From positions 18,940,259-19,004,258 of the forward strand of contig OZ037767.1 of assembly GCA_964035545.1 (NCBI GenBank): a DNA stretch of 64,000 nucleotides, read 5' to 3'. Source of the DNA: Bugula neritina (lineage: Eukaryota > Animalia > Bryozoa). Positions 1-25,800 of this stretch are shown here, one piece after another. The notes under the pieces are model-generated. The model was not told where the DNA came from. It saw only the letters and a program-made list of their open reading frames with translations, and made no database searches. Both the position numbers and the translations under genes were made by a program. The stretch's first letter is position 1. Each line of letters starts with the position of its first letter.

Positions 1-1280
1 CTGAAGCTGGTATTAGGTTGATAGACTCACATAATAATATCATGCTTTATACCTATTATAGCTAGAATAAAGATGTTTGTTTATTTTGACATGGTACACG
101 TAATATTGTGCAGCTGGTGGTGTTACTAACAACCACTGCTTTGTCTCCCCACCTGATAATTAGACTCCTGGCTGAATAAGCAGTCAGCAAGTGATGTTTA
201 AATACCAACACAGTTTAATCTAATAATATTTCTATTACATCTGCATAAACATACCTTTGAAACAAAAGACCTAGTACAAATAATTGAGCTTCTTTTTTCA
301 CATGACAGAGTATAGAGTTGCTGACCTGATAGGTAATATCTACCTGTGCATATCTACCTGCACTCTGCAGGATGTTCTCTACTGTGGCAGCATTCACAGT
401 TTGAAATGTCCAGCATTACTGGTCAGTAATTAGATTGACAGCAGGCATCACAGAAACACTGCAGGCTGTAAACTCTATCATAGCAGTAGGAAACTTGGAT
501 AGTAAACCTGTAGCACAGTAATTACTCTATTTTACAAATAAAAGAAATATTATTCGGAAATAAAGACTGTAAAACTACACTCCAACCCATGGGCCATTCT
601 AGCAATACTACATTTCCCCTTTGCATTAAAAAATTGTATATCTGTATCGAGTGCATATAACCCCTCCCCATAAGCATATTTTCTTACCTTCATCATCCCA
701 AGTTTAACATAAAGTAGGATTTGGCAGTTTTAACTACAATTAAGTTTTAACAAGCTAAGTTAGAAAGGGTTTAAATCAATAGAGTAACATACAACTGCAG
801 GAATGATGAAACTCTAAGAGTATATATAAAACAAAGAAAAATTGACAACAATAATTACGATTGCAAAGAACTTATTCTTATCTGTAAAGTGTAATCCAAA
901 AAAATTTTGATTTAATAAATAATAGAGTAAATTGTAATATTAAGCTTAATGCAATTTCTCTTTTACTCTTTGCATTATAATACATAAATTAAATATACTA
1001 TTAATAGTTCAGTGTAATTTATCATTCTGGGTTTGGTCTACAGCAAACTATCTTTAACTTAGCTATGGTAATTGACCGCTGCTGCCACAGAAGCATGTGT
1101 GGCAGCAGTTGTATGTAATACACAGGATATCCTGTATTTTGATACTGTCAGTCTAAAAGTACTCGTGATTTCATTCATGAAAAGTATCCCTATAGATAAA
1201 ACAGCTGTGTGCGCCAGTTGGAGCCTGTCTAAGTATAAACTCCACTATCAGTATGAGAACATCTATACACATGCATCAGT

Positions 1281-1400
1281 GTAGAGTGTAGATGTAGAGT
1301 GTAGATGTAGAGCATGTGGAGTGTAGATGTAGAGCATGTAGAGTGTAGATGTAGAGTGTAGATGTAGAGCATGTTGAGTGTAGATGTAGACTGTAGAATG
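1281..1400. repeat. Compound 6-8 bp tandem repeat (gtagat/gtagagt/gtagagcat)
   Basis: Directly visible. Confidence 0.9.
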
Positions 1401-2523
1401 TAGGGCTTCATTCATTTATTCTAGAAACTTCCTTTGGTTTGAAGTCGAAATACCTGTCAGAGATTATATGTAAGCCTATAGGGTTTTCCTGGGTTGGCTA
1501 AGAACTGTGCCCCCCTCCATTTTGGTGTGGAGGGTTTAATGTGGTACAAGAGAAATTGTGATCAGATGTGTTTTCTGGTTTCAGCAATGACCTTGCTAGA
1601 ATTTACCTTGCACAGGTGTATCATGCCAAATCAGTACCTCAACTAACAAAGCCTTGTTATGTTTATAAACTAAATTTTAATATTTACTCTCCAATAGCTG
1701 GGTATTAAATTGTCTCAAGCAATTAATACAATAGCTTAATTTTCGAAATAAGAATTCAATACTTTAGCATTTAAAATATTTCTACCTACATTTAAAACTA
1801 CCTATATTGACATTTTTATCAATTACTACCATGGAAATGCTTTTTATTGCAGCTGGTAATTAGTTATATTACTATTATAACTTGTTTAAAATAGTGTTAC
1901 CTTGAGAGTCTATGTGATGTATAACTGTGTTGTTTATTTGGTGATTAGCAACACAATGGTTTAATAATATCAATCAGTTACTACTAACTGCAAATCATTT
2001 ATATATCGACGGTATAGATCTTTAATTATGCTACAATCTTTAGTCTGCACTGGAAGTGCAAGCAGATTGCAAATCTATATATAAATATATTAGTGTTACT
2101 TGATTTTACTTTGTTAACAGCCCTCAAAATATATTTGATTTCCATTCTAAAATATGCAACAAAAAGTTGTTCAAAATCTATTAATATGAAGATAATTTAT
2201 GTGCGTATCAGTAAACCTCATCTTTTACACATAACCTCTACCATTCCCTCCACCCACAATATTATTACAACATTAACAGCTATAATAGCAAAACGCCTTG
2301 CAGACGTAAAAACTAAGCAGGCAGGTTTAACCAATAAGCACATTGCTAAAGCAAAACGATCAACGAATCAGAGAGTGTACATGAATCATCAATGGAATAC
2401 AGATATTTCTTTGCCTGATACATTGTAGAATGAACACATAGCGTACACACTTTATTGCAACAGCAAGCAACTGCAATTTCTTTTCAAACCACTGGCAGCC
2501 AGCAATCACTTGCCTCAACAAAC

Positions 2524-5500
2524 ATGTCTTCATCAGCAGTAATTCAGTCTCTTCTGGGCAAATGGAAGGACTCTAGTGCTGATGCTGAAAACCTGGAGGC
2601 CTATCTCAAGGCAATAGGTAAGACAATTATTAATTAAGAAATAGAAAACTTTTTTCCTGGTCTTTCAGATCAACTATATACCTAACGCTGATTAAAATTA
2701 TAATCTATTGTAATTATACAGTAGTGTCCTTAATTAGCAGCTGTAAACTTTGTAGGGTTTCAAATATGTGTAATTAAATAATTTTGACTTCCTTATTTTA
2801 ATAGAAATATATATTAACCAATAAGTCTATATGTAAATATAGTTGCTAAAACTTGAAAGGTTCTTAAAAACATATAAATTATAAGTTTTCACCTTTAGAA
2901 AGGTCATAATATAAGTAATGGCTATGTCTAATTACTGTTGTTCAACAGGGACACCCATTGCATGCTGTTACCTGAGTTTAAAATGATATTTAATTTCTTG
3001 CTCGAAATAATATTCTCAAAAACATCTAAAGAATAGTTATAATTTTAAAAACATAAATCAAATCCTTATGAACTATGTATACCTTTCTAAAATAACCTTC
3101 TGCATTGATTGATCGCCAAAAGAGAAAAAAACTCATTAATTGATGAATTAATCTTGTGCAAAAAAACCTAACAAATATGTATAAACTATCTTGTGTTTAA
3201 TATGAACACTTTCACAAACACTTAATGGTAATTAAATGTTGCTAAAATAATTTTTCTTTGTCCTTGAAACTTCGATTCAGAATAGCATTTATCAACACTT
3301 CTGCACAAATTTGTTTTCATAGTATTGCAGCACAAATTGAGAGAATAAAGCCGCTGTAGTACTACTACCATGTGTAGTGTAGATATATACCAAATAAATA
3401 CTGCTACCACATGTCTTGTAGGTGGACTAAATAAATACTGCTGCCACATGTCTTGTAGGTATGCCAGATGAAGCGGTAAAGGCAGCCTGTGAGTCTGAGG
3501 CCACAACAGAATGGACTGCTGATGGTGATGCAGTGACTTACTCTTTTGAGTCGAGCTTCAAGCCCGGCAGCGTGCGGAGTATTACCTTTCAGCTTGGACA
3601 ATCCTTTCAAGAGAACACAATTACCGGCCGATCTCTTCAAGTGGGTGTCTTTACCAATTCCTTTTAGTTTACAGTCTAACTTTTTATGACAGTTTCCAGG
3701 TTACATTAAAAGACTTACTCCCTATAAGACATACTTTGCCGTATAACGTAGGCCGTAACAGCAAAAGTAAACCATTTTTAAAAATGACCGAGCTTCTCGT
3801 ACGGCGTTACGGTACTTCAGGACCCAAAAGATGTACTTAAAATAGTTATAGCATGTATTTGTTGAAAGACCCTATTACTTTAATTCTTGAAATCAAATCT
3901 TTAAAATTTCAAATAAACTTTAAAGCTATAAATAATAGAAGCATAATTCTCATTCGTTTAATAAAAAGCTGCTTTTTGAAAAACAAGTGGCTCGCAAAAC
4001 ATGACAGCATTGCATTATTTTCGATTGTTCAAAACAAACAATTGTTCTAAATAAAGCACACAAAGTAAATCAGCACTGCACTCACATTACAGTACAGAAA
4101 AAATTTTCAAAAATATATGCCTATTTTATATTTCACTCTTCGACATAGCTGATTATTAAAGGTAAATCGAATAAAATAATTAAGTGACCTTGAAATGAAG
4201 GTTGCTTTTTTCTATATTCAGCCATATTGTCATAGCATAAACATATGGATATACATGTTGTTACAAATGTTACAATTGAAGCAATTAAAATGGTATTTAA
4301 AATATTCATTATGCAAACCTGCCACAATCCAGAATAAATTAAAAATTGAAAGCGTCACTGCTCACTGCCAATAGCGTCACCATTTTTGAATAATCAATCA
4401 AATGAACTTTAGTACATCGTGCATTTTCACTGAAAAAATTAATGTTATGATAGACTAATTTCTTTGCAGACGACTTACACTGAGGAGGGTGGGAAGCTAG
4501 TGAAACGGCAAATAGGCGAGCCCTTCAACTGTACAATTACAACAGAAATTGTAGAACCTGGGCTAATTGTGGAGGTAAGGCCATATGCTATTAAATAATT
4601 TATGTGGTTCCATTTGGCAAACTTATTTTTAATTTCGATCATCCATTTATTTACATGACCATTTGAAAAATGTCTAACTTTTTATTCTGCTATCAGTCAC
4701 AACCAAGACATTTTTACTTATATGTGTTAGGAAAGATATTGGTAAGGATAAGTGAAAAAAAAAGATGTTATTTTACTTGAAAATATTGCCTCAAAGATAT
4801 ACAGTATTAATATAATTTTAGCGAAGGCACAAATTATGTATACTATTGAGTTGGATTACAATTAATTCCAATTCAATGCTGTGAGCACCAGTACCTAAGG
4901 CTAAAAAGCAGCGGAAATTATTGAATCATTCTATAAGCAGCTCCGAGTTGGGTGTGACTGAGTGCAATACTTTGAGATTTTTGAGTTTAAAGTTGTGGGC
5001 TTTAAGTCCCAACTTAAACCTCCTACTTCAAACTTGATTATTTCAAACTACTGCACAAAGTCGGAACATTCGAAATTGTTAAGCATGCTTGTAATCACCC
5101 TTGCCCGGTGTTAATATGATGTGTATTGTACTATTCAATGAATTTGGTGAATAGCCCCGAATTAGCTGAATTCACAATGAATAGTGTGCCGGTATTCATG
5201 ACACTTCGGCCTTGCGTAATGCCACATCCTGTAACTATAGCTGAGTTTTTGCTAGACATCCGAATTTTATCTCACAGTTCATCACCGATAGCCTTGGACT
5301 GAGGCTAAAAGCTGTACACGACTGAACACTATGTATTTAGTAGCTAGCTGAAAGAATGTCAATAAAGCTTGGAAGTTTACTCTATAATAATTAATAACAC
5401 TTGTAACTGAGTTATATAATCTGATTTAATAAAATTACTCCAGTTAAAACTAGTTAAGGTTAAATCCTGAGAGTAAGAAATTTGGCTTGATACAGGTTCT

Positions 5501-6070
5501 TCTGCACAAATTCAATTTGAAATTTTAATATAATTGAATTTTGAGCTGCATATAGCAGGCCATTGAAGGTGCTGGTGGATAGAGCATTATCTATAGTAGT
5601 AGAGTTAAGAAAACACTGATGTCCTGTTTATACAATAAAAAGCTGTTTATGCAAGATGAAACCTGTTTAAAAAATAGCAATGACTCATTTTGGAAACACA
5701 ACTTCAACACGGGTATAAATAGTGTGATTCTATTATAGTTTCAGATGAGTAGTCACCACTTTGACACTTTTATAAGTGTACTCCCTCAAGTCATCTACAT
5801 TAATTCTAATCCTGTGAACGTCACAAGTCTTAAAATTAATTTTAGATCCGATATTAAGGTTTGACATGTATGTTGTCCTTTTTTGACACTCCAAATAACT
5901 TTAATAATATATAATATATCCTTAAGATACATAACTTGAAGCAATGAGTATATACAATAGTAGATATTATGATACACATAATTTAATGCAGGAAGTGTTT
6001 CTGGTTTCAGACCATGATTTGTGACAGCAACCCGCCTACAACATGCAAGAGGAAGTTGAGAAAGCAATAA
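2524..6070 (+). CDS. Fatty acid-binding protein / intracellular lipid-binding protein family, 4 exons (2524-2617, 3459-3640, 4470-4574, 6011-6070), ~146 aa
   Basis: Spliced reading frame MSSSAVIQSLLGKWKDSSADAENLEAYLKAIG|MPDE...ITFQLGQSFQENTITGRSLQ|TTYTEEGGKLVKRQ...|TMICDSNPPTTCKRKLRKQ*. GxW..ENxxxYLKAxG and FxLGxxFxE motifs, the classic FABP 4-exon layout, GT-AG sites and consistent phases. Confidence 0.88.
3392..3460 (+). repeat. 37-bp-period duplication of the FABP exon 2 splice acceptor
   Basis: aaataaatactgctRccacatgtcttgtag|gt at 3392 and 3429. Confidence 0.9.
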
Positions 6071-6926
6071 TGGCCTTGACATAGTGTTGCTCCCACCAAG
6101 ACTATATTTGCTGCAGCCTTTACAGACAAGTCATTAGAAGGCGCTAGCTTGATAGTAATTATGAATTTATTTTTCTATTTCGTATTATGTAGCACAGAAA
6201 CATTTAGATGTTTCTGTGAATGATTAATTGAATTGAACAAAAAGTGATGTATCAGTAAAAATGTTATTTCTGTTCCTTATGCGTAGGCCTACTGCAGTTG
6301 CTTTCACATTTTTTTTAAATCCTAAAGCCTGCTTGTATTTATATACTATTTCGTTACAATAAATCCACCTAAATATTATGTCTGAAAAGCTCGTAGTATT
6401 ATGTATATCTGAAAAAAGTATAAAAAATGCATTCAATACAAGAAATAAAACATTGATGAGCTGATATATAGGTGATTGTATTTGGAAGAGAAGTAATATA
6501 GGTATGCGGGAGTATAACAAGGAGAAATATTTCCATCAGAATGACATGCATGATTGTTGGCACCAAACACCAAATAACACAATAGCAAAATAAGGTAACA
6601 AAATATACAAGGACTGTCAGAGGAATATTAGCAGACAATGGAATTCATCTCATATACATCTTCACTGTGTAAACATAAACCCTCTCAGTAACCGAATTAT
6701 AATGTGAGCAATAAAACAATAATATTAATAAAAAGATAAAACTCTACATGATTGTATCCAGTATGCGGTAAAGCACCCATACTTTGATTGTGCACCAGTA
6801 ATCACAACCCTTTAAAATGAATGTTCAAAATAAATCAATAAAGAGATAAAATCATAAATCATAATTCCACAAAATATAAATAATTCATTCTGCCTTGTAA
6901 ATAATTCGATTAGAAGTTGTGTTTTC

Positions 6927-18585
<11,659 letters not shown>

Positions 18586-21500
18586 GCTCAATATCTCTCT
18601 CTGCAACAGTAAAATAAAAATTGCAGCATGGGCATGCGCGGTTAAGTTTTCAGAGCAGAAACAAGCTGCTGAGTTGTTTTGCTTTTCATAACAAATAATA
18701 AATATGCCTAAGGAAAAACATAAATGCTACCAAACCCGTAGCTAATAGAGCAAATACTTTGTTTCAATTGTGAGCTGTTAAACAATAAATATGTGTTATT
18801 CCAGTGGTATATCTGTATTGTACAGTAGGCAAGTAGCTGTGGTGTGGAACCTAATGACTACAGGCTAGATGAAAGAGATTCAAAGTGAGGGCTACTTTTA
18901 CTATTACTTTCATTAGACTCTCATTAGAAATATAGGACAGATCAGCAATATCTCACACTTGTGAGTAAAAGTTTTAGTATACTGAACTGGGGAACAAAGA
19001 GCAAACACAAGTGTTGATTTAAATTAATAAATGAATGTCTTTACAGTTTAAGTTGAGTGAATCGGCTTGCAAGTAACACTACTCTTAGTGCTATAACTGC
19101 CGCAACTACTAGGACTATTATTACTATAACACAAAAAAAAATTAAATCTAGTTTAATAGTCACTCTGACTCCAAGTTTAGTTTGAAAGATATCATTATGA
19201 TTATCATCAATATTGTAATTATCTTTATCAACAAGTACTAAAAATTATAAAGATATATTATTATTATAATATAAGTATATCAATAATCACGATAATCAGT
19301 ATCATAATAAATGCAATTATGATATATGCATAATGATATTGATAAGTCTAAACTCAAAGTCGGCTAGAACTAGGTGAGTAACTGGCTAAAAGTAAATCTA
19401 AGACTAAGTTAAAGTACAACTACAATGACTCCGATGAGTGAATGACAAAGTACGAGTATTTCTATCAGTATTTGACAGTCTCAGTCTGTAATATATGAGT
19501 AGCACATTAACACATTATGATAGTTACTATCACAATGATGATGAAAATTAATATAATTATCACAAAGACAATCAGCATGAGTATCATTATCACTCAATCA
19601 GTATCACTACCAGTACCATAACGATAACCAGTCAATCATAATGACAATGTGAATGATTCACACAATATTCATTATTAAATTTAAAATTTATATTAATATT
19701 ACGATTAATACTATCCCTAGGCTTATATGCCTTATAGAATAACTCTAAGAAGGTAAGGTTATCATAATCATATTGATTATCAAAATTTAAATATTATATT
19801 TATTATGATTAAATTTAATGATTATCAATATGAATATCATTACTGATTACATTTATATGCTAAAGTTAATGATAAGTGTAACAGTAAGACTAAGTGGCTG
19901 AACCAAAACTAATCGTTCAGTAAAACCATTTGTAAAAAGGTGCTTCAAGGTTTACCAGCTTATAGTTTGTTAACACAAGGAGTCCTGAACCAGTGCTTTC
20001 TGGAATTGAGCAATTCTGATGTATTCATGCAGTACAAACGTATTGTTATGAAAACACTAGTAGGTCTAGAAATACCCCCTTTTCGGTGAGTGTAGTGTAA
20101 CATTTATAAAAAAAGAGCTCAATGCCGGACATGTAACCGTGACTTTCATGATTGGATATAAAATGATCTCACACCTTAGCAATCTACCAATTAACGATTG
20201 GAAAAGTTTTTGTTTGGAAAGGTCGTTTCACTGTTACCCACTCCGAAAGAACACCCACTTCATAACTAGCAAGCAATAAAGTTCTACGAGTCCGTTTTCT
20301 AGCTTTAGTTTTTAGAATACATCCTTTTCCATAAATAATAATTATAATATATTATACAATATGAATACAATTTATAAATATAAAATTCAATTTGTAATTG
20401 CTATGTATTTTTATAATCACGCTCAATGGTTTCGATTTATAATTACTTCTATAGATTTGACTCAATACTATCAATAAATTTAAAGCTTGTAATAAATGTG
20501 TTAGTTTAATATTTTTTGCTACTCATATTGATATAGTCATAATGATAATTTGCTCAATATAAATATTTTTAATTTATAATATTAAATTTGATATTAATAA
20601 TAATTATAATATTGAAATTAGCGATTTCATTTTCATTTCTGGTTTTACTAGTACTTTCAACTTTTCAGTTAAAGTTTCAACATGATGATTATCATATGAT
20701 TATTATTAGGATTGTCAACGGGATTTTTATTAATATTATTATTATGGTCAACTAAACTAAAAGTAAAACTTATAGTTATATGGCAAAGTTTAATCTAATT
20801 AAATTTTCACTAACTGATTAGGATTATTTTTATGTTTTAACAGTTTGAGTTACACTTTGACTTACTGAACTATATTTACAATTACTGTTTAATTTTACTG
20901 ATATTTATACTGATAGTGATTGACTATTAGTATTATTACTACTAGTAGTACGAGTAATAGTGCTACTGCTCTAGTATTACTTTTAGTAAATGTAATACTA
21001 ATTATTGCCTAATACTAATAGTAATAATTATAATAACATTAACTGTAATAAAAAATAATAAATACTACGTCTACTGCTCTGATAGTAATATTAATTGTAG
21101 TACTACTTTTATTTTTAGTAATATCAACTATTGCCTAATATGAACTGCAATAATAATTAGTAAGTGCAATATTAAATTGCTACTATTGCTACTAGTATTA
21201 GTAATATTAATTATTTCTTGCTTAAAACTCAATACAAATATAATATTATATTTATTATTTGTAAATTTATTAAATGTTTTCGTTAGTATTACTATAAGTA
21301 TATTATAATTTTAAGCAGCCGCAGTAACTGTTGCTCAGTTTGAGTCTCACTTTAAGTATAATTTAATTTGATTATTTCCTCAATTTGCAGTGTAGATTTT
21401 CTGCCTCGGGCAGGCTACATTGCTTTACCAGGAGTTTGTCTTCATATTCAACTGCTTGAAATGCTTCCACCGAGCAATAAACCTCTAATTATCGAGTTCA

Positions 21501-22823
21501 CTGGCACATTAGGATTTGGCAATTATATTAATATGTATTACTTGAACTGAGGCAGTAATGGAATAGGTAAATAATAAATTCCAATTAACCACAATAACTA
21601 ACAAGGTAATAACTAATGGTATAACAATTTTACTTGCATAGCACACACTTCTATATTCATAGTGATTATTTAATGACAACACTATAATTATTTTAATAGT
21701 CCCAATAAAATAATACAATATAATTAAACGCTACTATATACTATATAGGTGTATTGCTACTGTCCACTGATGTTATAAACTTTCTCTGTTTACTATTTTT
21801 TCTACTCAACTAATTCCTCTCTCAATCAACCTAAAGGTTTTCTGGTGTTGTCGTTATACAGTTGTTTCAACTACATTTTTAACCCTCAACTTTGCTTCTT
21901 GAAATTTTACATTATTTTAGGATAAACCTCTTGGTAGTAACTTTCTATATATATGATCTCATCTTCTATAAAAATATTGCAAATTTTGGATGGCTATTAT
22001 ATACTAATATTGACTTAATACACTTAGTAACATTTCTTGTAGGATTCAAACCACCAGGCCAGTGTGATCTATTATCAGAGTGGCGTCTTTAGGGCGTTGT
22101 CCGCCTATTTTGCTACTTGTAGTAGAAGGTGTGGCTCATATTACTTTGTGTTTACAGTGAATAGTTTCGTGACAAATTCATCTATTTTTTATAAGTTTTT
22201 GCACTTTTGCTACATGTTTCCACAAAATATTTACGGCGAAAACTATAAATACAATATTTAATTAAGCAAATTATATCTAATTATCAACAGAAACTTGATT
22301 TAATTGCAGTTTAAATCTGTGCGTATTTTTAATTCACACATCTTATTGGCACTCAACATGGTTGTAATTTATGAGCTTAACTCTTAGTTTTTTATACGTT
22401 TTGATTTTATTCACAAATTTAAAAACACTATTTTCTTTTACATTAACAAAAAAAAATTTAACTTAAAGCATTCAATGAATTATTTAATGATTGTTTGTAT
22501 GCCTAAAAACGGATGAATTTAGTAAATAAATTTTTTTTAAAAAATAAGAAATAATAAATAACAAAAGCCGCAAAATTTTCCCTTTATAACTTATATAAAC
22601 TCGCGACACAAAAGTGACATAATGATGTCCCCATGGTGAAGGTCAAAAGCGCCATTGACAATACTTTGAACTTTAACCCTTTGCACCGGATTAGCACCAC
22701 ATATGGCTGGCCAAGCATCAATAACACTGTTGGTTTAGTATTTCACGAAAGACTAAGATTTTATTCATACTTAGAATTTATAGCCTAATGCATTTTGAAT
22801 TTACACTCATCAATTTTGAAGTG

Positions 22824-25800
22824 ATGGCTTCTCAAGAAAATTTGGAGAGTGCCGAAATAGTGATGAATAAAAATGAGGCTCCCGGCAATGATAAAGGTGG
22901 TGAAGAGACAAGTTCACCTCCAGCTCAAGAACCACAATCTCCCGCGAGTGACAATCAGCATATTTCTGGCAACCAAGAGAAACAAATAATTCAACTGAAC
23001 ACATCACCTTCTGATAAAATCCGACTCATATTAAAACCCGCAGGTATTGTACGAAGACTTGACATCTATTTCTATTTGTAGACACAGTCTTATCTCTTTG
23101 AATCAATTTCAAATTTACTTTTTTGCTTGAAATAGCAAGAACAAGAATCTGTGTGCATCTAGGCACATGTCTGTGCATGTGTAAAACATACTGTACTCAA
23201 GCTATATTATATCACTACAAGTAATTGATTAGATTTGTGACATCTAAAAACATTTTAGTATGACTTAAAATTTAATATATTTAAAGGCCGTAAGCACCCA
23301 GGTTATTTATTATATTTGAGCAAAAGTTTGCATGCTTTTCAACTGTTTTATCAACATTTTATCTAATTTCTTATACGAAAACACTACAAAAATGCAAGTA
23401 AAAGTGGTCATATTAGGTGTCTTAGACTTGCCCAGACTTGCCCGCGAGCTTGCCCTCCGTGTCCTATTCTGACGTGGGGATGGCAAAATAGCCCTATTGT
23501 AGCGTGAGTTTATATCGCGTAAAGTTATTAAGAAGCGGGTTTGTCACAGATTCTCGTTATTCGTAGCTCAAATCATGTGAATGTTACTCTTCGGGCGGCT
23601 ACTAATAACTAACGTTAGCTACGCAACATCAAGAAAGGTAACTAATTTGACTGTTTTCAAATGGACTATTCCATTTCGCTAGTTTGTAACTTGCTGTAAA
23701 TCACAAAATAATTATATTTCCTATTTTAATTTCAATTATCATGTCGACCACACTACCAGAAAATTACTCTTAAATATGCAGTAAATGATGATTTTCAACC
23801 GTTTTGTGATGAACTATAGGTTAGTAGTTGTCTACGTAAAACCAAGTTTTAAAATTTGTAATTGAATCAGTGAATCACAGTATCACTATCACTATCAGTA
23901 TGAGTATCACTAGTCTATGTCTATGACTCTCACTCTAAGTCTATGACTATCGCCTATTAGTATTGGTGAACTATTATTAATAATATTCAATGGTTATATT
24001 TATTAATACCATTATTAGTCATAATGATAATCATATGACAGTATCAGTATGTTAATGTTACGGAGCAGGATCAGTTTCGAAACTAATACTTGTAATATTA
24101 GTTATAACTATAAGTATAAGTTATACCGATAGCTATATTAACATAAATATTTATATTCATAGTAATACTAACAGCAAATCTAATATTACTATGTTAATAG
24201 TTATACTTGTAAGTTATAATATAAAGCAAACGACACAAGTATTAATTTGAACTGTTGGTCCTAAAATAAAAAGTAAAATAAATGTAAATAATAAAATATA
24301 AATTATAATAATTTAATTATACTAATACTAATACTATTAGTATTAGTATAATTAAATTATTATAATTTATATTTTATTATTTACATTTATTTTACTTTTT
24401 ATTTTAGGACCAACAGTTCAAATTAATACTTGTGTCGTTTGCTTTATATTATAACTTACAAGTATAACTATTAACATTAGTAATAGCAATACTTATACAG
24501 TAATATAATTATAATAAATTTATAAAACTTAAACAACTTTAGATTTAAGGAACAACTTTAAATACAAACATAAAGATAATATTAAATAATTATAATCATA
24601 GTGATCATAACAATAAATATAATTATGATTCCAATAATTATCAATATATTATATAATATTTAAATTATTTTAATTTATAATTATAATCATAATTTTTTTA
24701 GTTATAGTGAATAAATTCAATTTGACATAATAACTATAATATTATAAAGCAGTCAGTCTATCTCTAATGCTGATTGATATTCAAATTATTATGACTGTAT
24801 CATCATTCACTAATTCTAAGAGTAAGTGACTACAATTATTAGTATCAATGTTGTGTTAGAGTACTATACCCATTGGAATTTTGATATATCCATTATATTT
24901 ACAACTCTGCCTGTTACAGCTATAAATAAATTGAACCAAAATACCAACAGTGCCTAATCATCGCCTTATTTATAAAATAATCACAATCATAATGCTCAAG
25001 TTAATAGATTGGAAATTATTGAAAATTATGTTGATGCCAATATAAATATGACATTGTATGCATCCAAGTAGTGATGTTGTAATATATCTTGGAAGATAAT
25101 TACATTATAATAAGAGTTAAATTCCTCTACGTAACTTTTTTTGCAATTATTCCTTAGAATAACTATAACTTATACTCCTAACATTTAGCAGCGCATTAGT
25201 TTTAGATAGAGCTACTAATTGTATTTATTGCATGTGAAGGTTAGTTATTCTCCATCAGCTGCATGAATGTGACTGGTAAATTTTGTAACCTTTGGCAGTA
25301 ATAACTTTGTAGCATAAATTAGACACATTTTTATAAAAATACATAATTTTAATGCTGTAGCTGCTAGTAATTCTAATGGGTGTAATAATATTACAGCATT
25401 AATTTTTATTTTGTTCATGCTTCATGAAGCATTTTCTAAATTCTTTTTTGAATAAATTTCTACAATACATATAATGTGCTGAATAGATTACATATGTTGG
25501 GGTTCTTCCTATACTGCAGCTCAGCCTACACTCCCGCCACAAATGTTCCTAAACTACTAGCTTCATCAGGATACAGATTGATGGAGCTGTATTGATAAAA
25601 ACTTCTCTTTTTAGCAGTAGAGGCATCATGAAAAAACGGTAAGTATTTTACTCAATAAGAATGCGGTTTTTTACTTCTACAAATTTGATAGCCTACACTA
25701 TTCTATTTAAATGGAGACTGGTCTGACATAATGTGTCTGCAATTTACTAGTTATAATATAGTAAATACTATGCGGGCCTATAGATCAAATGGCTCAAAAA

